DNA from: Patescibacteria group bacterium
GTDB lineage: Bacteria; Patescibacteriota; Minisyncoccia; Phycocordibacterales; SBAW01
Direction: 5' to 3'
DNA length: 64,000 nt
Assembly: GCA_028871115.1 (NCBI GenBank)
Contig: JAGWOD010000003.1
Location: forward strand, 103 to 64,102
Within the stretch, counting starts at the first letter, position 1. Each line of letters starts with the position of its first letter. The position numbers were made by a program, and so were the translations under genes. Positions 19,809 to 28,724 of the stretch are shown here, piece by piece. Under the pieces are notes generated by a model. That model had not been told where the DNA came from and ran no database searches. It was given only the letters and a program-made list of their open reading frames with translations.

Positions 19809-21551
19809 TTATTCTGAAATGACTCGCATCACTTCTTCAATCGAAGTTATTCCCTGCACCGCCTTAAAGACTCCATCCTCGGCCATAGTGAGCATCCCCT
19901 CTTTGCGCGCCTGAGTCTCAATCTCATCGGTGGAGGCCCGCTTGCCGATGAGTTCTTTGATGGCAGGCGAGACGCGCATGATTTCATGAATGCCGATGCG
20001 GCCTCGATACCCATCTTCGCACTCCGCGCTCTTTTTTGGACGCCAGAAAGAGATATCCCGCCAAGTTGCTTTCTTATCGACAATTTTTTCTTCCTTGAGC
20101 GCTGCCAGTACTTTCGGTAAGTCGGCAATTTTTCCAAGTTCCTCAAGTTCACGCTGCGTAGGTTTGTACTCTTCCCGCTCACGGCACAATTGGCGCACCA
20201 GACGCTCTCCGATGAGAACGCGCAGGGTAGAGACGAGAAGAAACGGCTCCGCATCCATATCGAGGAGCCGCGCAATCGCACCAGAAGCAGAATTAGTGTG
20301 TAGCGTCGAAAGCACTAGGTGTCCCGTGAGCGCGGCATTAATGGCAAGATTGGTCGTCTCCTTATCGCGGATCTCCCCCACCATGATGATATCCGGGTCC
20401 TGGCGCATGAGCGTGCGCAAGCCGTTGGCGAAGGAAAATCCGATGTCGGGACGCACCTGCGTCTGATTAACCCGCGGCATTTGATATTCGATAGGATCCT
20501 CAATCGTTGAAATGTTGACGTTCGGAGTATTGAGGATATCGAGCATGGTGTAGAGCATCGTTGTTTTGCCCGAGCCTGTCGGACCAGTGGCAAGAATCAT
20601 GCCGATTGTTTGCTTGAGCGCATCATGAACCGCTTCGAGCCCTTGCCCATGGAGTCCCAACCACTCAAGCGTCAGCCCCCGACGCCCTTCTGGAAGGAGG
20701 CGCAACACAATTTTTTCTCCAAACGCGGTAGGCAAAATTGAAACACGGATGGAGACGCGGTCTCCTTCGTTCTCTACTTTGAAACGACCGTCCTGCGGGA
20801 GGCGCTTTTCATCGAGTCGCAGGCTCGAAAGTACTTTAATGCGTGCAGTGATGCCGTCAGAAGCTGCCTTAGGAAGCCTCATCGCATCGCGCAGAATGCC
20901 ATCGATGCGGTAGCGTACCAGCAGTTCCTTTTCCTGCGGTTCTATATGGATGTCGGAAGCTCCTTGAATGATAGCGTGGCGTAAAAGAGCGTCGACAATG
21001 CGGACGATCGGAAGATGTTCAGCCGCTCGCTTGAGCTCCTCCTCTCCGAGTTCGTGTCCGCCGCCCGAAGGGCTGAGTGCCTGGGCTTCCCGCGCGATGA
21101 TATCGCCGAATTCCTGTTTGAGAGACTTCTGATACTGCACCAGCGCAGAGCGCATAGATTCACTACCGGTGAGACGCGGCAGTATCTTGAGTTTTGTTTT
21201 CTTTCGTATGAAATCGATCGCCGCGAGATCGTCAGTATCAAGCATCGCGACCTGGAGGGATTCTCCGTCTTTTCTGAATGCGACAATATTGTGGGCACGA
21301 GCGATGGGCTCGGGAATGAGGCTGAGGATATCTGGGTCAATGTGCTCGCGCTCAAGGTTGACGAAGGGAATACCGAGAACGGCCGCTTCAACACGGCGCA
21401 AATCGTCCTCCGAAATAGCTCCGGTTGAAACCAAGGCTTCACCAAGCACTTCGTTTTCACGCCCGCGCTTGGAAGCATCCTCTATCTGCGCCCGGGAAAC
21501 GAGCCCCGAGTCAAGCAAAAATTCCTTGAGTTGCCCCTCCTCAACGTGCAT
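19809..21551 (-). CDS. pilB: Type IV pilus assembly ATPase
   Basis: ASDIHIEP, GPTGSGKTT, TIEDPIE, RQDPDIIMVGEIRD and TGHLVLSTLHTN motifs. Confidence 0.96.
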   Translation of the reverse strand: MHVEEGQLKEFLLDSGLVSRAQIEDASKRGRENEVLGEALVSTGAISEDDLRRVEAAVLGIPFVNLEREHIDPDILSLIPEPIARAHNIVAFRKDGESLQVAMLDTDDLAAIDFIRKKTKLKILPRLTGSESMRSALVQYQKSLKQEFGDIIAREAQALSPSGGGHELGEEELKRAAEHLPIVRIVDALLRHAIIQGASDIHIEPQEKELLVRYRIDGILRDAMRLPKAASDGITARIKVLSSLRLDEKRLPQDGRFKVENEGDRVSIRVSILPTAFGEKIVLRLLPEGRRGLTLEWLGLHGQGLEAVHDALKQTIGMILATGPTGSGKTTMLYTMLDILNTPNVNISTIEDPIEYQMPRVNQTQVRPDIGFSFANGLRTLMRQDPDIIMVGEIRDKETTNLAINAALTGHLVLSTLHTNSASGAIARLLDMDAEPFLLVSTLRVLIGERLVRQLCREREEYKPTQRELEELGKIADLPKVLAALKEEKIVDKKATWRDISFWRPKKSAECEDGYRGRIGIHEIMRVSPAIKELIGKRASTDEIETQARKEGMLTMAEDGVFKAVQGITSIEEVMRVISE

Positions 21552-21660
21552 CCTCTCTATTATATAGCCCTTTACTAGAGAGACCTGAGCTATAGGCTGC
21601 TTGAAAATACAGAATCCCTACTGCATACTGCGCCGCAGTTGCACTATCAAGGAGCGCCGC

Positions 21661-21837
21661 ATGGCACGACGTGGCTTTATTGAAGACACAAAGGGGGAAG
21701 ATTCGCTCTTCCTGGAATGGAAGCGAGCCTTCGAGGACAATCGTCTCCTATTTATTCTGGTTGTCCTTGCCTTCTTGGTCTGCGTAGGCTGGGGGGTATC
21801 CCACTACCACTTCCTTTCGATGGTAGTCGATGGCTAA
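21661..21837 (+). CDS. Small single-TM protein (58 aa)
   Basis: Promoter TTGAAA-17-CATACT (21601-21629), SD AAGGAG, hydrophobic LLFILVVLAFLVCVGWGV. Confidence 0.6.
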   Translation: MARRGFIEDTKGEDSLFLEWKRAFEDNRLLFILVVLAFLVCVGWGVSHYHFLSMVVDG

Positions 21838-21970
21838 AAAGAAAAACCGCCCTCGGCAACCTCTCGCGCGAAGCCTCTGGGAGTGCCCGTGGTTCCTTGC
21901 GCATCGGCGACCAGGAAAAGTGAAGGCACTCATTGCTCACCTCAACAAAAAACTTATGCCGCACTCCTAA
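21830..21970 (+). CDS. Possible small basic protein (46 aa)
   Basis: MAKKKNRPRQPLARSLWECPWFLAHRRPGKVKALIAHLNKKLMPHS overlaps the upstream stop (ATGGCTAA) and ends in a terminator-like hairpin. Confidence 0.35.
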   Translation: MAKKKNRPRQPLARSLWECPWFLAHRRPGKVKALIAHLNKKLMPHS

Positions 21971-21989
21971 CGGATGCGGCATTTTATTT
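21957..21989 (+). terminator. Intrinsic terminator
   Basis: ATGCCGCA...TGCGGCAT stem followed by TTTATTT. Confidence 0.6.
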
Positions 21990-22006
21990 GACATACAGAA
22001 AATAGT

Positions 22007-22486
22007 ATGATTGTATGCTTTCGGCGCAAGAACAAGGGGAGGCACGCCTTTCAAAAACCCCATCTTGCGGAGATACGTTTGAACAGTCAAAAAGCCGAAC
22101 CAAGGCTGAACGCTGCAGCAGAGATCTACCTTCAAAGAGCTTGGAATCAGACGACTGCCGATCCGGACGAAATCGCCCGAAAACTCGGCATAACGGAGGC
22201 CAATGTCCTCGCGATTGCGGAAAGGCGCGGCTGGGTTCCACGACCTTCATTCAACGAGCGCGAATTTGCTGAAGAAGACTTCGCGCAGATACTCCAAAAA
22301 AGACAGCCAATGCTTCCCGCCAATCTCTCCCGCGAGGTCGTCGTTGTACGTTGGGAAGTCCGCTCAGGACGCTACGTACTCGAAGGGGCAACGCCGGAGC
22401 GTTTCGAAGAGTTGCTGCGGGAGGGCCTGCTGAAGTTCCAGCACGAACAAAAAGAACAGGCACGCCCCGAGCGCGTAGCGCAATAA
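22007..22486 (+). CDS. Hypothetical protein with an HTH-like segment
   Basis: DPDEIARKLGITEANVLAIAERRGW resembles a helix-turn-helix. Followed by a terminator. The start may be TTG at 22079 (GGAG upstream). Confidence 0.55.
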   Translation: MIVCFRRKNKGRHAFQKPHLAEIRLNSQKAEPRLNAAAEIYLQRAWNQTTADPDEIARKLGITEANVLAIAERRGWVPRPSFNEREFAEEDFAQILQKRQPMLPANLSREVVVVRWEVRSGRYVLEGATPERFEELLREGLLKFQHEQKEQARPERVAQ

Positions 22487-22514
22487 GATCTTTTCCAGGC
22501 AACACAGTCACCAA

Positions 22515-22541
22515 GGGCTCCGCTTCGGCGGGGTCCTTTTT
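22515..22541 (+). terminator. Intrinsic terminator
   Basis: GGGCTCCGC-TTCG-GCGGGGTCC followed by TTTTT. Confidence 0.75.
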
Positions 22542-22557
22542 GAGCCCCAGGAAATGC

Positions 22558-22627
22558 TTGACTCCTCGCCAGGTGAGGAGTAGAGTTTCACCATACGGAA
22601 ACCGCCCCGAGAGGGCGGTTGTTTCGT
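22558..22627 (+). promoter_or_regulatory. nusA promoter and leader hairpin
   Basis: TTGACT-17-TAGAGT promoter, then an AACCGCCC/GGGCGGTT hairpin with a T-rich tail. Confidence 0.6.
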
Positions 22628-22660
22628 TCCCTACTACTAACCTACTAATCAAGACTATCT

Positions 22661-23875
22661 ATGTTTGATCTTAAAGTAATCAATTCGGTCCTTGGAGAAC
22701 TCGAGGACGAGCGAGGTATTCCGCGCGAGAAAGTCATTGGTGCCATCGAAGCAGCCCTCGCGACTGCCTACAAGAAGGAATATGGCAAGCGTGGACAGGA
22801 TATCCGGGCCAAACTCGATCTCTCAACAGGTGCCACCGAATTCATGCAAGTAAAAACCGTCGTCGATGAGCACACCGTGCGCTTCGAAGAGGAAGGAGAC
22901 GAGGAGGAAGTGCGCAAACCCGCCATGAAGACCGAAAAGGTCGAAGAGAGCGTGGGTGTACCTGTCGAAGAACTTCTCCCCCGCTATGATCCTGAGAAAC
23001 ATATCCTTCTTGCTGACGCGAAATTCATAAAAAAGGACGCGAAAGTTGGCGATGAGCTCGTGTTTCCTCTTGAAGGTAAGGAGGACTATGGCCGCATTGC
23101 AGCCCAAACTGCCAAGCAGGTCATTATCCAAAAGATACGGGAGGCAGAGAAAGTATCTGTTGTCGCTGAGTTCGGCAAACGCCAAGGTGAGATTGTTTCA
23201 GGGACTGTCCAGCGGATCGAGCGGGGCAATCTCTACATCGATCTCGGCCGGGCAACGGGCATTCTCCCGTACGAAGAACAGATCCAGGGGGAACGCTATC
23301 GCCAGGGAGAGCGTATCCGTGCGCTTCTCTACCAAGTAGAGGATTCCCCCCGGGGTGTGTATCTGCGTCTCTCGCGCGCACATCCACAATTCCTCGCAAA
23401 ACTCTTCGAAATGGAAGCTCCTGAAGTGGCCCATGGGACGGTCGTCGTTAAATCAATCGCTCGAGAAGCAGGTTCTCGCTCCAAAATAGCGGTTGCCTCA
23501 GTTGATCCCCATGTCGATCCGGTAGGATCGCTCGTCGGTCAGCGGGGCGTGCGTGTCTCGACCGTCACCTCAGAACTCGGTGGCGAGAAAATAGACATCA
23601 TTGAGTGGTCTGAAGATCCCAAGGCATATATAGAAGAAGCACTTTCGCCCGCTCGAGTCATATCAGTCGACATCGCTGAGGAAGCGCGACGCGCGACCGT
23701 CACCGTGACTGATGATCAACAGTCCCTTGCTATCGGCCGAGGTGGCCAGAATGTACGTCTCGCGGCAAAACTCACCGGGTGGTCAATAGACATCAAAGGA
23801 GCCCGAGGTGAAGAAGTCGCTGCAGCCAATAAGGAAGGCACGCTCGTCGAGGAAGAGCCAGCTGCTGCTGAATAA
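22661..23875 (+). CDS. nusA: Transcription termination/antitermination factor NusA
   Basis: GRIAAQTAKQV, AREAGSRSKIAV and AIGRGGQNVRLAAKLTGW motifs. Confidence 0.98.
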   Translation: MFDLKVINSVLGELEDERGIPREKVIGAIEAALATAYKKEYGKRGQDIRAKLDLSTGATEFMQVKTVVDEHTVRFEEEGDEEEVRKPAMKTEKVEESVGVPVEELLPRYDPEKHILLADAKFIKKDAKVGDELVFPLEGKEDYGRIAAQTAKQVIIQKIREAEKVSVVAEFGKRQGEIVSGTVQRIERGNLYIDLGRATGILPYEEQIQGERYRQGERIRALLYQVEDSPRGVYLRLSRAHPQFLAKLFEMEAPEVAHGTVVVKSIAREAGSRSKIAVASVDPHVDPVGSLVGQRGVRVSTVTSELGGEKIDIIEWSEDPKAYIEEALSPARVISVDIAEEARRATVTVTDDQQSLAIGRGGQNVRLAAKLTGWSIDIKGARGEEVAAANKEGTLVEEEPAAAE

Positions 23876-23897
23876 AATTGTGTTATTCTGAATCACT

Positions 23898-24422
23898 ATG
23901 AATCTTTGGCGCGACATAGATCCGGGCTCAGCGGAAGAGATGATTGTGGTGACCGAAATTCCCCGCAGTTCAAACAACAAATATGAAGTCGACAAGGAAA
24001 CCGGGCTTATAACACTCGACCGCGTACTTCACAGCGCGCAGGTTTTTCCCTTTGACTACGGTTTTGTCCCGAAAACACTCTGGGACGACGGCGACGCACT
24101 TGATGTGATGCTGCTTGCCACTAATCCCTTCCCCTCCGGCATTCTTGTGAAAGCTCGGCCTGTGGGGCTCATTCGCATGACTGACTCCGGAGACAATGAC
24201 GACAAAGTGCTTGCAGTGCCCGTTAATGATCCGCGCTGGAGTTACGCCAAGGATCTTGGCGACATTAATAAGCACACGCTGCGCGAAATTGAACACTTCT
24301 ATTCGACGTATAAGAAACTCCAGAACAAGGAAGTAGTGGTCTCAGGTTTTGCTGGAGTAAAAGAAGCGAAGGAAGCATTTGAGCGTGCGCGCTCCCTCTA
24401 CAGCAAAAAATTCTCAAACTGA
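23898..24422 (+). CDS. ppa: Family I inorganic pyrophosphatase
   Basis: KYEVDK, YGFVPKT, DGDALDV and DDKVLAV motifs. Confidence 0.96.
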   Translation: MNLWRDIDPGSAEEMIVVTEIPRSSNNKYEVDKETGLITLDRVLHSAQVFPFDYGFVPKTLWDDGDALDVMLLATNPFPSGILVKARPVGLIRMTDSGDNDDKVLAVPVNDPRWSYAKDLGDINKHTLREIEHFYSTYKKLQNKEVVVSGFAGVKEAKEAFERARSLYSKKFSN

Positions 24423-24497
24423 GGTCACGTTCTAATCCAGAGAGACCCTCTGAGCGAAAATTTGCCTTCATGCCGTCTGGCGCGCTAGTATGCGCGA

Positions 24498-25520
24498 ATG
24501 CCATTTTCAGAACTGATACCCTCTTTTTCACTCAAAATACTTCCTGATTCGGAAGTGGAACTCTCGGGCGAAGTGCCGTATTCATGTATAGAAAAACATC
24601 GAGAAGATGCGCTCGCCCATATCGCTTCTGAGCTTGAACTGCCGGGTTTCCGCAAGGGTAATGTTCCTAAAGACCTGGTTCTCAAGAAAGTTGGCGAACT
24701 CGCGGTACTTGAAGAATCGGCTGAGTTTTTCGTACGAGATTTTTATCCCGAGCTCGTTCTCGGCAAGAAAATAGATGCTCTGGGCCGTCCCGATATCCGT
24801 ATTACGAAGCTCGCACCCGGTAATCCTATAGCGCTTACGATTCGCACGGCGGTCTACCCTGAACTTGTAGTGCCGCGCAGCTGGAAGAAGATAGCTGAGG
24901 GCATCGAGCGAGAGAAACAAGCTGAAGTGACGGACAAGGAGATCGAGGAAACTCTCGAATCACTACGACGTGGCCGCGCAAAGAAAGACGCTGCGGGTAC
25001 AGAAGTGTTGCCCGATCTCACGGATGATTTTGCCCATTCTATTGGTTCATTCAAGGATCTCGCAGATCTCAAGGAAAAAATAAAAGAAGGCATCGATGAA
25101 GAGAAAGCGCGCGCAGCTAAAGACAAGCGCCGGGGAGCGATAATTGAGGCGCTTCTTGCAAAAACAGAGGTGAATCTTCCTAAAGTCTTCGTTGAGAATG
25201 AGCTTGAGAAGATAGTGGCACAGCTCAAGGACGACGTTGCACGTCTTGGTATTTCTTTTGATGATTATTTGAAGCGAGTAAATAAGAGTGAGAAGGAAGT
25301 TCGGGAAGAGTTTCGATCACAAGCACAAAAACGCGCAAAACTGCAACTATTTCTCAATGAACTCGCACGTCAGGAGAAGATAGAGGCAGATGCGTCGGCC
25401 GTGGACGAGGAGATGAAACATGCTACCACCCATTTCCCCGATGCGAAGCCAGACCTGTTGCGGGTACATATAGAGACCGTACTTCGAAACGAAAAAGTGC
25501 TCCAAGCTCTTGAAGCCTAA
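24498..25520 (+). CDS. tig: Trigger factor (short form, apparently lacking the FKBP domain)
   Basis: GFRKGNVP ribosome-binding loop and C-terminal domain present. Only 340 aa. Confidence 0.9.
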   Translation: MPFSELIPSFSLKILPDSEVELSGEVPYSCIEKHREDALAHIASELELPGFRKGNVPKDLVLKKVGELAVLEESAEFFVRDFYPELVLGKKIDALGRPDIRITKLAPGNPIALTIRTAVYPELVVPRSWKKIAEGIEREKQAEVTDKEIEETLESLRRGRAKKDAAGTEVLPDLTDDFAHSIGSFKDLADLKEKIKEGIDEEKARAAKDKRRGAIIEALLAKTEVNLPKVFVENELEKIVAQLKDDVARLGISFDDYLKRVNKSEKEVREEFRSQAQKRAKLQLFLNELARQEKIEADASAVDEEMKHATTHFPDAKPDLLRVHIETVLRNEKVLQALEA

Positions 25521-25563
25521 GGAGGTATTTCCGGTGTACAATTAAGTACGGAAGGAGGTGCTC

Positions 25564-25644
25564 ATGCGTACATGTAAGCCGGACGGCGGCGACCGCGGCA
25601 TCGGTACTGAAAGGGGCGGCTGCAAGCCAATCGAGGGCGACTGA
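25564..25644 (+). CDS. Unannotated 26-aa peptide with a duplicated CKPxxGD motif
   Basis: SD AAGGAGGTG (25552-25560), MRTCKPDGGDRGIGTERGGCKPIEGD*, TACAAT at 25537 and a downstream terminator. Confidence 0.65.
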   Translation: MRTCKPDGGDRGIGTERGGCKPIEGD

Positions 25645-25662
25645 TCTCTCGCCTTTCGCATC

Positions 25663-25693
25663 AAGGGCCCCGCATAGCGGGGCCCTTAGTTTT
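25663..25693 (+). terminator. Intrinsic terminator after the peptide gene
   Basis: AAGGGCCCCGC-ATA-GCGGGGCCCTT followed by AGTTTT. Confidence 0.8.
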
Positions 25694-25737
25694 ATGGATG
25701 TTTGCTTCCCTTCCTCTTCTTCTGCTATCATCCCCCC

Positions 25738-26382
25738 ATGCAAAACAAAAATACTATCTACAATCAGCTCGTGCCTATGGTGGTCGAGAAAAGCCCTTAC
25801 GGCGAGCGGGCATTTGATATTTACTCTCGCCTCCTCAAGGAGCGCATTATCTTCCTCGGGGGGCCGATTGAGGATCATTCTGCTAACCTCATCATCGCTC
25901 AACTCCTATTCCTCGCCTCCGAGGATCCCAAAAAAGATATCCAGCTTTATATCAATTCTCCTGGTGGGTCAGTGACTGCTGCGCTCGCAATGCTCGATAC
26001 GATGGACTACATAAAGCCCGAGGTGGCGACAGTGTGCGTTGGCATGGCCGCTTCTGCTGCGGCTATTCTTCTTGCGGCAGGTGCCAAGGGCAAACGTTTT
26101 GCCCTCCCCAATGCCGAGGTGATGATTCACCAACCATGGGGCGGAGCCCAGGGTCAGGCAACTGATATTGAAATAACTGCCAAGCATATTATTGCGACTC
26201 GTGATCGTCTCAATCGCATTCTGGCTAAAGCAACAGGTCAGGATCTAAAGAAAATAGAGAGCGATGTGGAGCGTGATTACTTCATGAGTGCTGATGAAGC
26301 AAAAAAATACGGTATTGTCGACGAGATTTTTACGAGCAAGGTCGAAAAGCCTAGCGCTCCCGCTGCAGCGAAAGGAAAATAA
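25738..26382 (+). CDS. clpP: ATP-dependent Clp protease proteolytic subunit
   Basis: [26 protein letters not shown] and MIHQP motifs. Start set at 25738 (TGcTATCAT 6 nt upstream). Confidence 0.97.
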   Translation: MQNKNTIYNQLVPMVVEKSPYGERAFDIYSRLLKERIIFLGGPIEDHSANLIIAQLLFLASEDPKKDIQLYINSPGGSVTAALAMLDTMDYIKPEVATVCVGMAASAAAILLAAGAKGKRFALPNAEVMIHQPWGGAQGQATDIEITAKHIIATRDRLNRILAKATGQDLKKIESDVERDYFMSADEAKKYGIVDEIFTSKVEKPSAPAAAKGK

Positions 26383-26398
26383 ACCTTAATGTATAAGG

Positions 26399-26434
26399 GC
26401 TCCGCAGGCCTTTTATTGCGCCTGCGGAGCTTTT
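26399..26434 (+). terminator. clpP terminator
   Basis: GCTCCGCAGGC...GCCTGCGGAGC followed by TTTT. Confidence 0.8.
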
Positions 26435-26609
26435 CTGATACTTTTAAGTAGTTCCTGAAATGTAGGTTCGCTTTTGAATTTAACAATTTTCAAGATTCCA
26501 CCCCGCTTTCCGTCATGACGATCTTCTCTGTGAACGAACCACGACTCTTCTCCGCGCGCTAGCTCACAGCCCGTTGTAGTACGGAGCGGTTTGGGATACC
26601 AAATCGCTT

Positions 26610-28139
26610 ATGTCATTAACACTACTTTTGTCTCTGCTCGCCGGTGCCGGCGTGGTAGGGATTGTCATTGGATACGTATTCCGTTGGCTCTTGGTGCTTG
26701 CCCGCAAAGGTTCAATCGAACTTGAAGTAAAACAAATTCTCCTCAATGCTCGCGAGGAGGCGAAGAAGATAACGGAGACTGCCGAGGTCAAAGGAAAAGA
26801 GGCAGCCGCTAGTTCGGAGCTTGAAATAAAGGAGAAAGAAGAGAAACTCTCCCGAGCTGAAGACCGCATATTCAAGCGCGAGGAAGCGCTCGACAAACGT
26901 CAAGGAGAACTTGACCGGGAGATTACAGGTCTTAAAGATCGTATTGAAGAGGTCCGGACGATCAAGGAGCGTACCGAGGTGCTTCTCAAAGAGCGTGGCG
27001 AGGCACTCGCCAAGGTCGCGGGGCTTACCAAAGACGAAGCCCGCAATCTTCTTACGCAAGAACTTGAACGCGAATTCAACGAAGATTTCATGGTTCGCGT
27101 ACAGAAACTTGAGCGAGAAGGCTACGAGAAGCTTGAGCGGCGTGCTCGAGAAATCCTTACAACCGCGATCCATCGGCTGGGCAATTCGGTTGCCTCCGAC
27201 ACGATGGCAACCGCCTTTACGATACCGAACGACGATATCAAGGGAAAAATCATTGGCAAAGAAGGCCGTAATATCAAGGCATTTGAGCGTGCAACCGGCG
27301 TTGAGGTGATGATTGATGATACGCCGGGCTCTATTGTCCTTTCCTCCTATGACCCCATCCGTCGTGCGGTAGCTCGTGTTGCGCTTGAAAATCTCATCGT
27401 CGATGGACGTATCCAGCCCGCAAAAATAGAAGATATGGTCGAAAAAGCGAAAGCAGAAGTAACTAAGATAATCAAAGACAAGGGAGAAGCTGCTGCGTAT
27501 GAGACGGGAGTGCTCAATCTTCCCCCTCAAGTCATACAGATTCTTGGTCGCCTCTATTTCCGCACAAGCTACGGGCAAAATGTTCTGCAACACTCGACCG
27601 AGATGGCCCACATTGCCGGTATGATTGCTGAGGAACTTGGTGCTAACGTCCAAGTTGCCAAGGCAGGCGCGCTTTTGCACGATATTGGCAAAGCACTCGA
27701 CCATGAAGTACAGGGTACGCATGTCGAAATAGGTCGCAGAATATTGCAGAAATTTGGAGTTGACGAAGCGGTCATTAAAGCCATGCAAGCCCATCACGAG
27801 GAATACCCTTACGAGACTGCTGAGTCCTACATCGTGCAGGTTGCAGATGCAATTTCAGGGGGACGTCCAGGAGCACGGCGCGACAGTGTCGAAAATTATC
27901 TCAAACGCCTCTCTGACATCGAAGCAATCGCCAATTCCTTCCCCGGTGTGGAGAAAAGCTTTGCCATTTCCGCTGGCCGCGAAGTGCGAGTGTTTGTTAA
28001 ACCTGATGAAATGAACGATTTTGCTGCCCGGGAACTCGCCCGCGACATCGCCAAACGTATTGAAAATGATCTGAAGTATCCTGGTGAAGTAAAGGTTATA
28101 GTTATCCGTGAGACACGAGCTATAGAATTCGCCCGCTAG
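26610..28139 (+). CDS. rny: Ribonuclease Y
   Basis: N-terminal TM and coiled coil, KH motif IIGKEGRNI, HD motif LLHDIGK, and ADAISGGRPGAR. Confidence 0.97.
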   Translation: MSLTLLLSLLAGAGVVGIVIGYVFRWLLVLARKGSIELEVKQILLNAREEAKKITETAEVKGKEAAASSELEIKEKEEKLSRAEDRIFKREEALDKRQGELDREITGLKDRIEEVRTIKERTEVLLKERGEALAKVAGLTKDEARNLLTQELEREFNEDFMVRVQKLEREGYEKLERRAREILTTAIHRLGNSVASDTMATAFTIPNDDIKGKIIGKEGRNIKAFERATGVEVMIDDTPGSIVLSSYDPIRRAVARVALENLIVDGRIQPAKIEDMVEKAKAEVTKIIKDKGEAAAYETGVLNLPPQVIQILGRLYFRTSYGQNVLQHSTEMAHIAGMIAEELGANVQVAKAGALLHDIGKALDHEVQGTHVEIGRRILQKFGVDEAVIKAMQAHHEEYPYETAESYIVQVADAISGGRPGARRDSVENYLKRLSDIEAIANSFPGVEKSFAISAGREVRVFVKPDEMNDFAARELARDIAKRIENDLKYPGEVKVIVIRETRAIEFAR

Positions 28140-28151
28140 AAAAGAATATTC

Positions 28152-28724
28152 TTACTTCACCGCGACGATAAAGGATGTGTAATTGAACTTGAGGTCTTGA
28201 ATAGATTCCTCAAGAATATCGAGCTTATTGCGCAGTGCAGCAGCTCGAGAAGCAATGACCGCAGTCGTAGAAGGAAGCTTCCCTTTCGCGAGGTCCTCAG
28301 CTGCCTTAGCGGTATCTGCATACTCGACCACTTTTACCTTGGGCCAAACCCTCTTGAGATACATGCGGCACTGCTTAAGCGCCTGATCGTGAGAGGTAAT
28401 AATTTTTATTTTATCCGCCCGCGTCCCTTTTTTGACCAGTAAATTGTGATGAACATCTATTTCGAATATCTTTTTTATAGAAAATCGATGCTTCGCCATA
28501 GCGTAGACTGCCTCTATGACAATACCTCCGTTGGAGTTCTCGATCGGGAAGATACCGGTGCTGATACTCCCCTGCTCAAGAGCTGCAAGGACATTCTCCA
28601 CAGTTATGAGATAGCGGATTTCATAGCGTTTAAGGCTGTTTTTGTGGGCGTAGGTCCGCGCTGCCTCTTCACTAAAGGATCCTCGGGCGCCAGAAATCCC
28701 AATAATTTCAACCTTTTTTCGCAT
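28152..28724 (-). CDS. Stand-alone prephenate dehydratase domain protein (no ACT domain)
   Basis: GARGSFSEEAA, PIENSNGG, SHDQALKQC and terminal NYTSF (a TRF-motif variant). Confidence 0.8.
   Translation of the reverse strand: MRKKVEIIGISGARGSFSEEAARTYAHKNSLKRYEIRYLITVENVLAALEQGSISTGIFPIENSNGGIVIEAVYAMAKHRFSIKKIFEIDVHHNLLVKKGTRADKIKIITSHDQALKQCRMYLKRVWPKVKVVEYADTAKAAEDLAKGKLPSTTAVIASRAAALRNKLDILEESIQDLKFNYTSFIVAVK

Noticed and set aside
26712-27797. 361-aa antisense ORF over rny, and other long shadow ORFs (e.g. 10635..11165, 20942..21478, 63072..63635, 63427..63957)
   Set aside because: They overlap well-supported genes on the opposite strand or in another frame and have no motifs.
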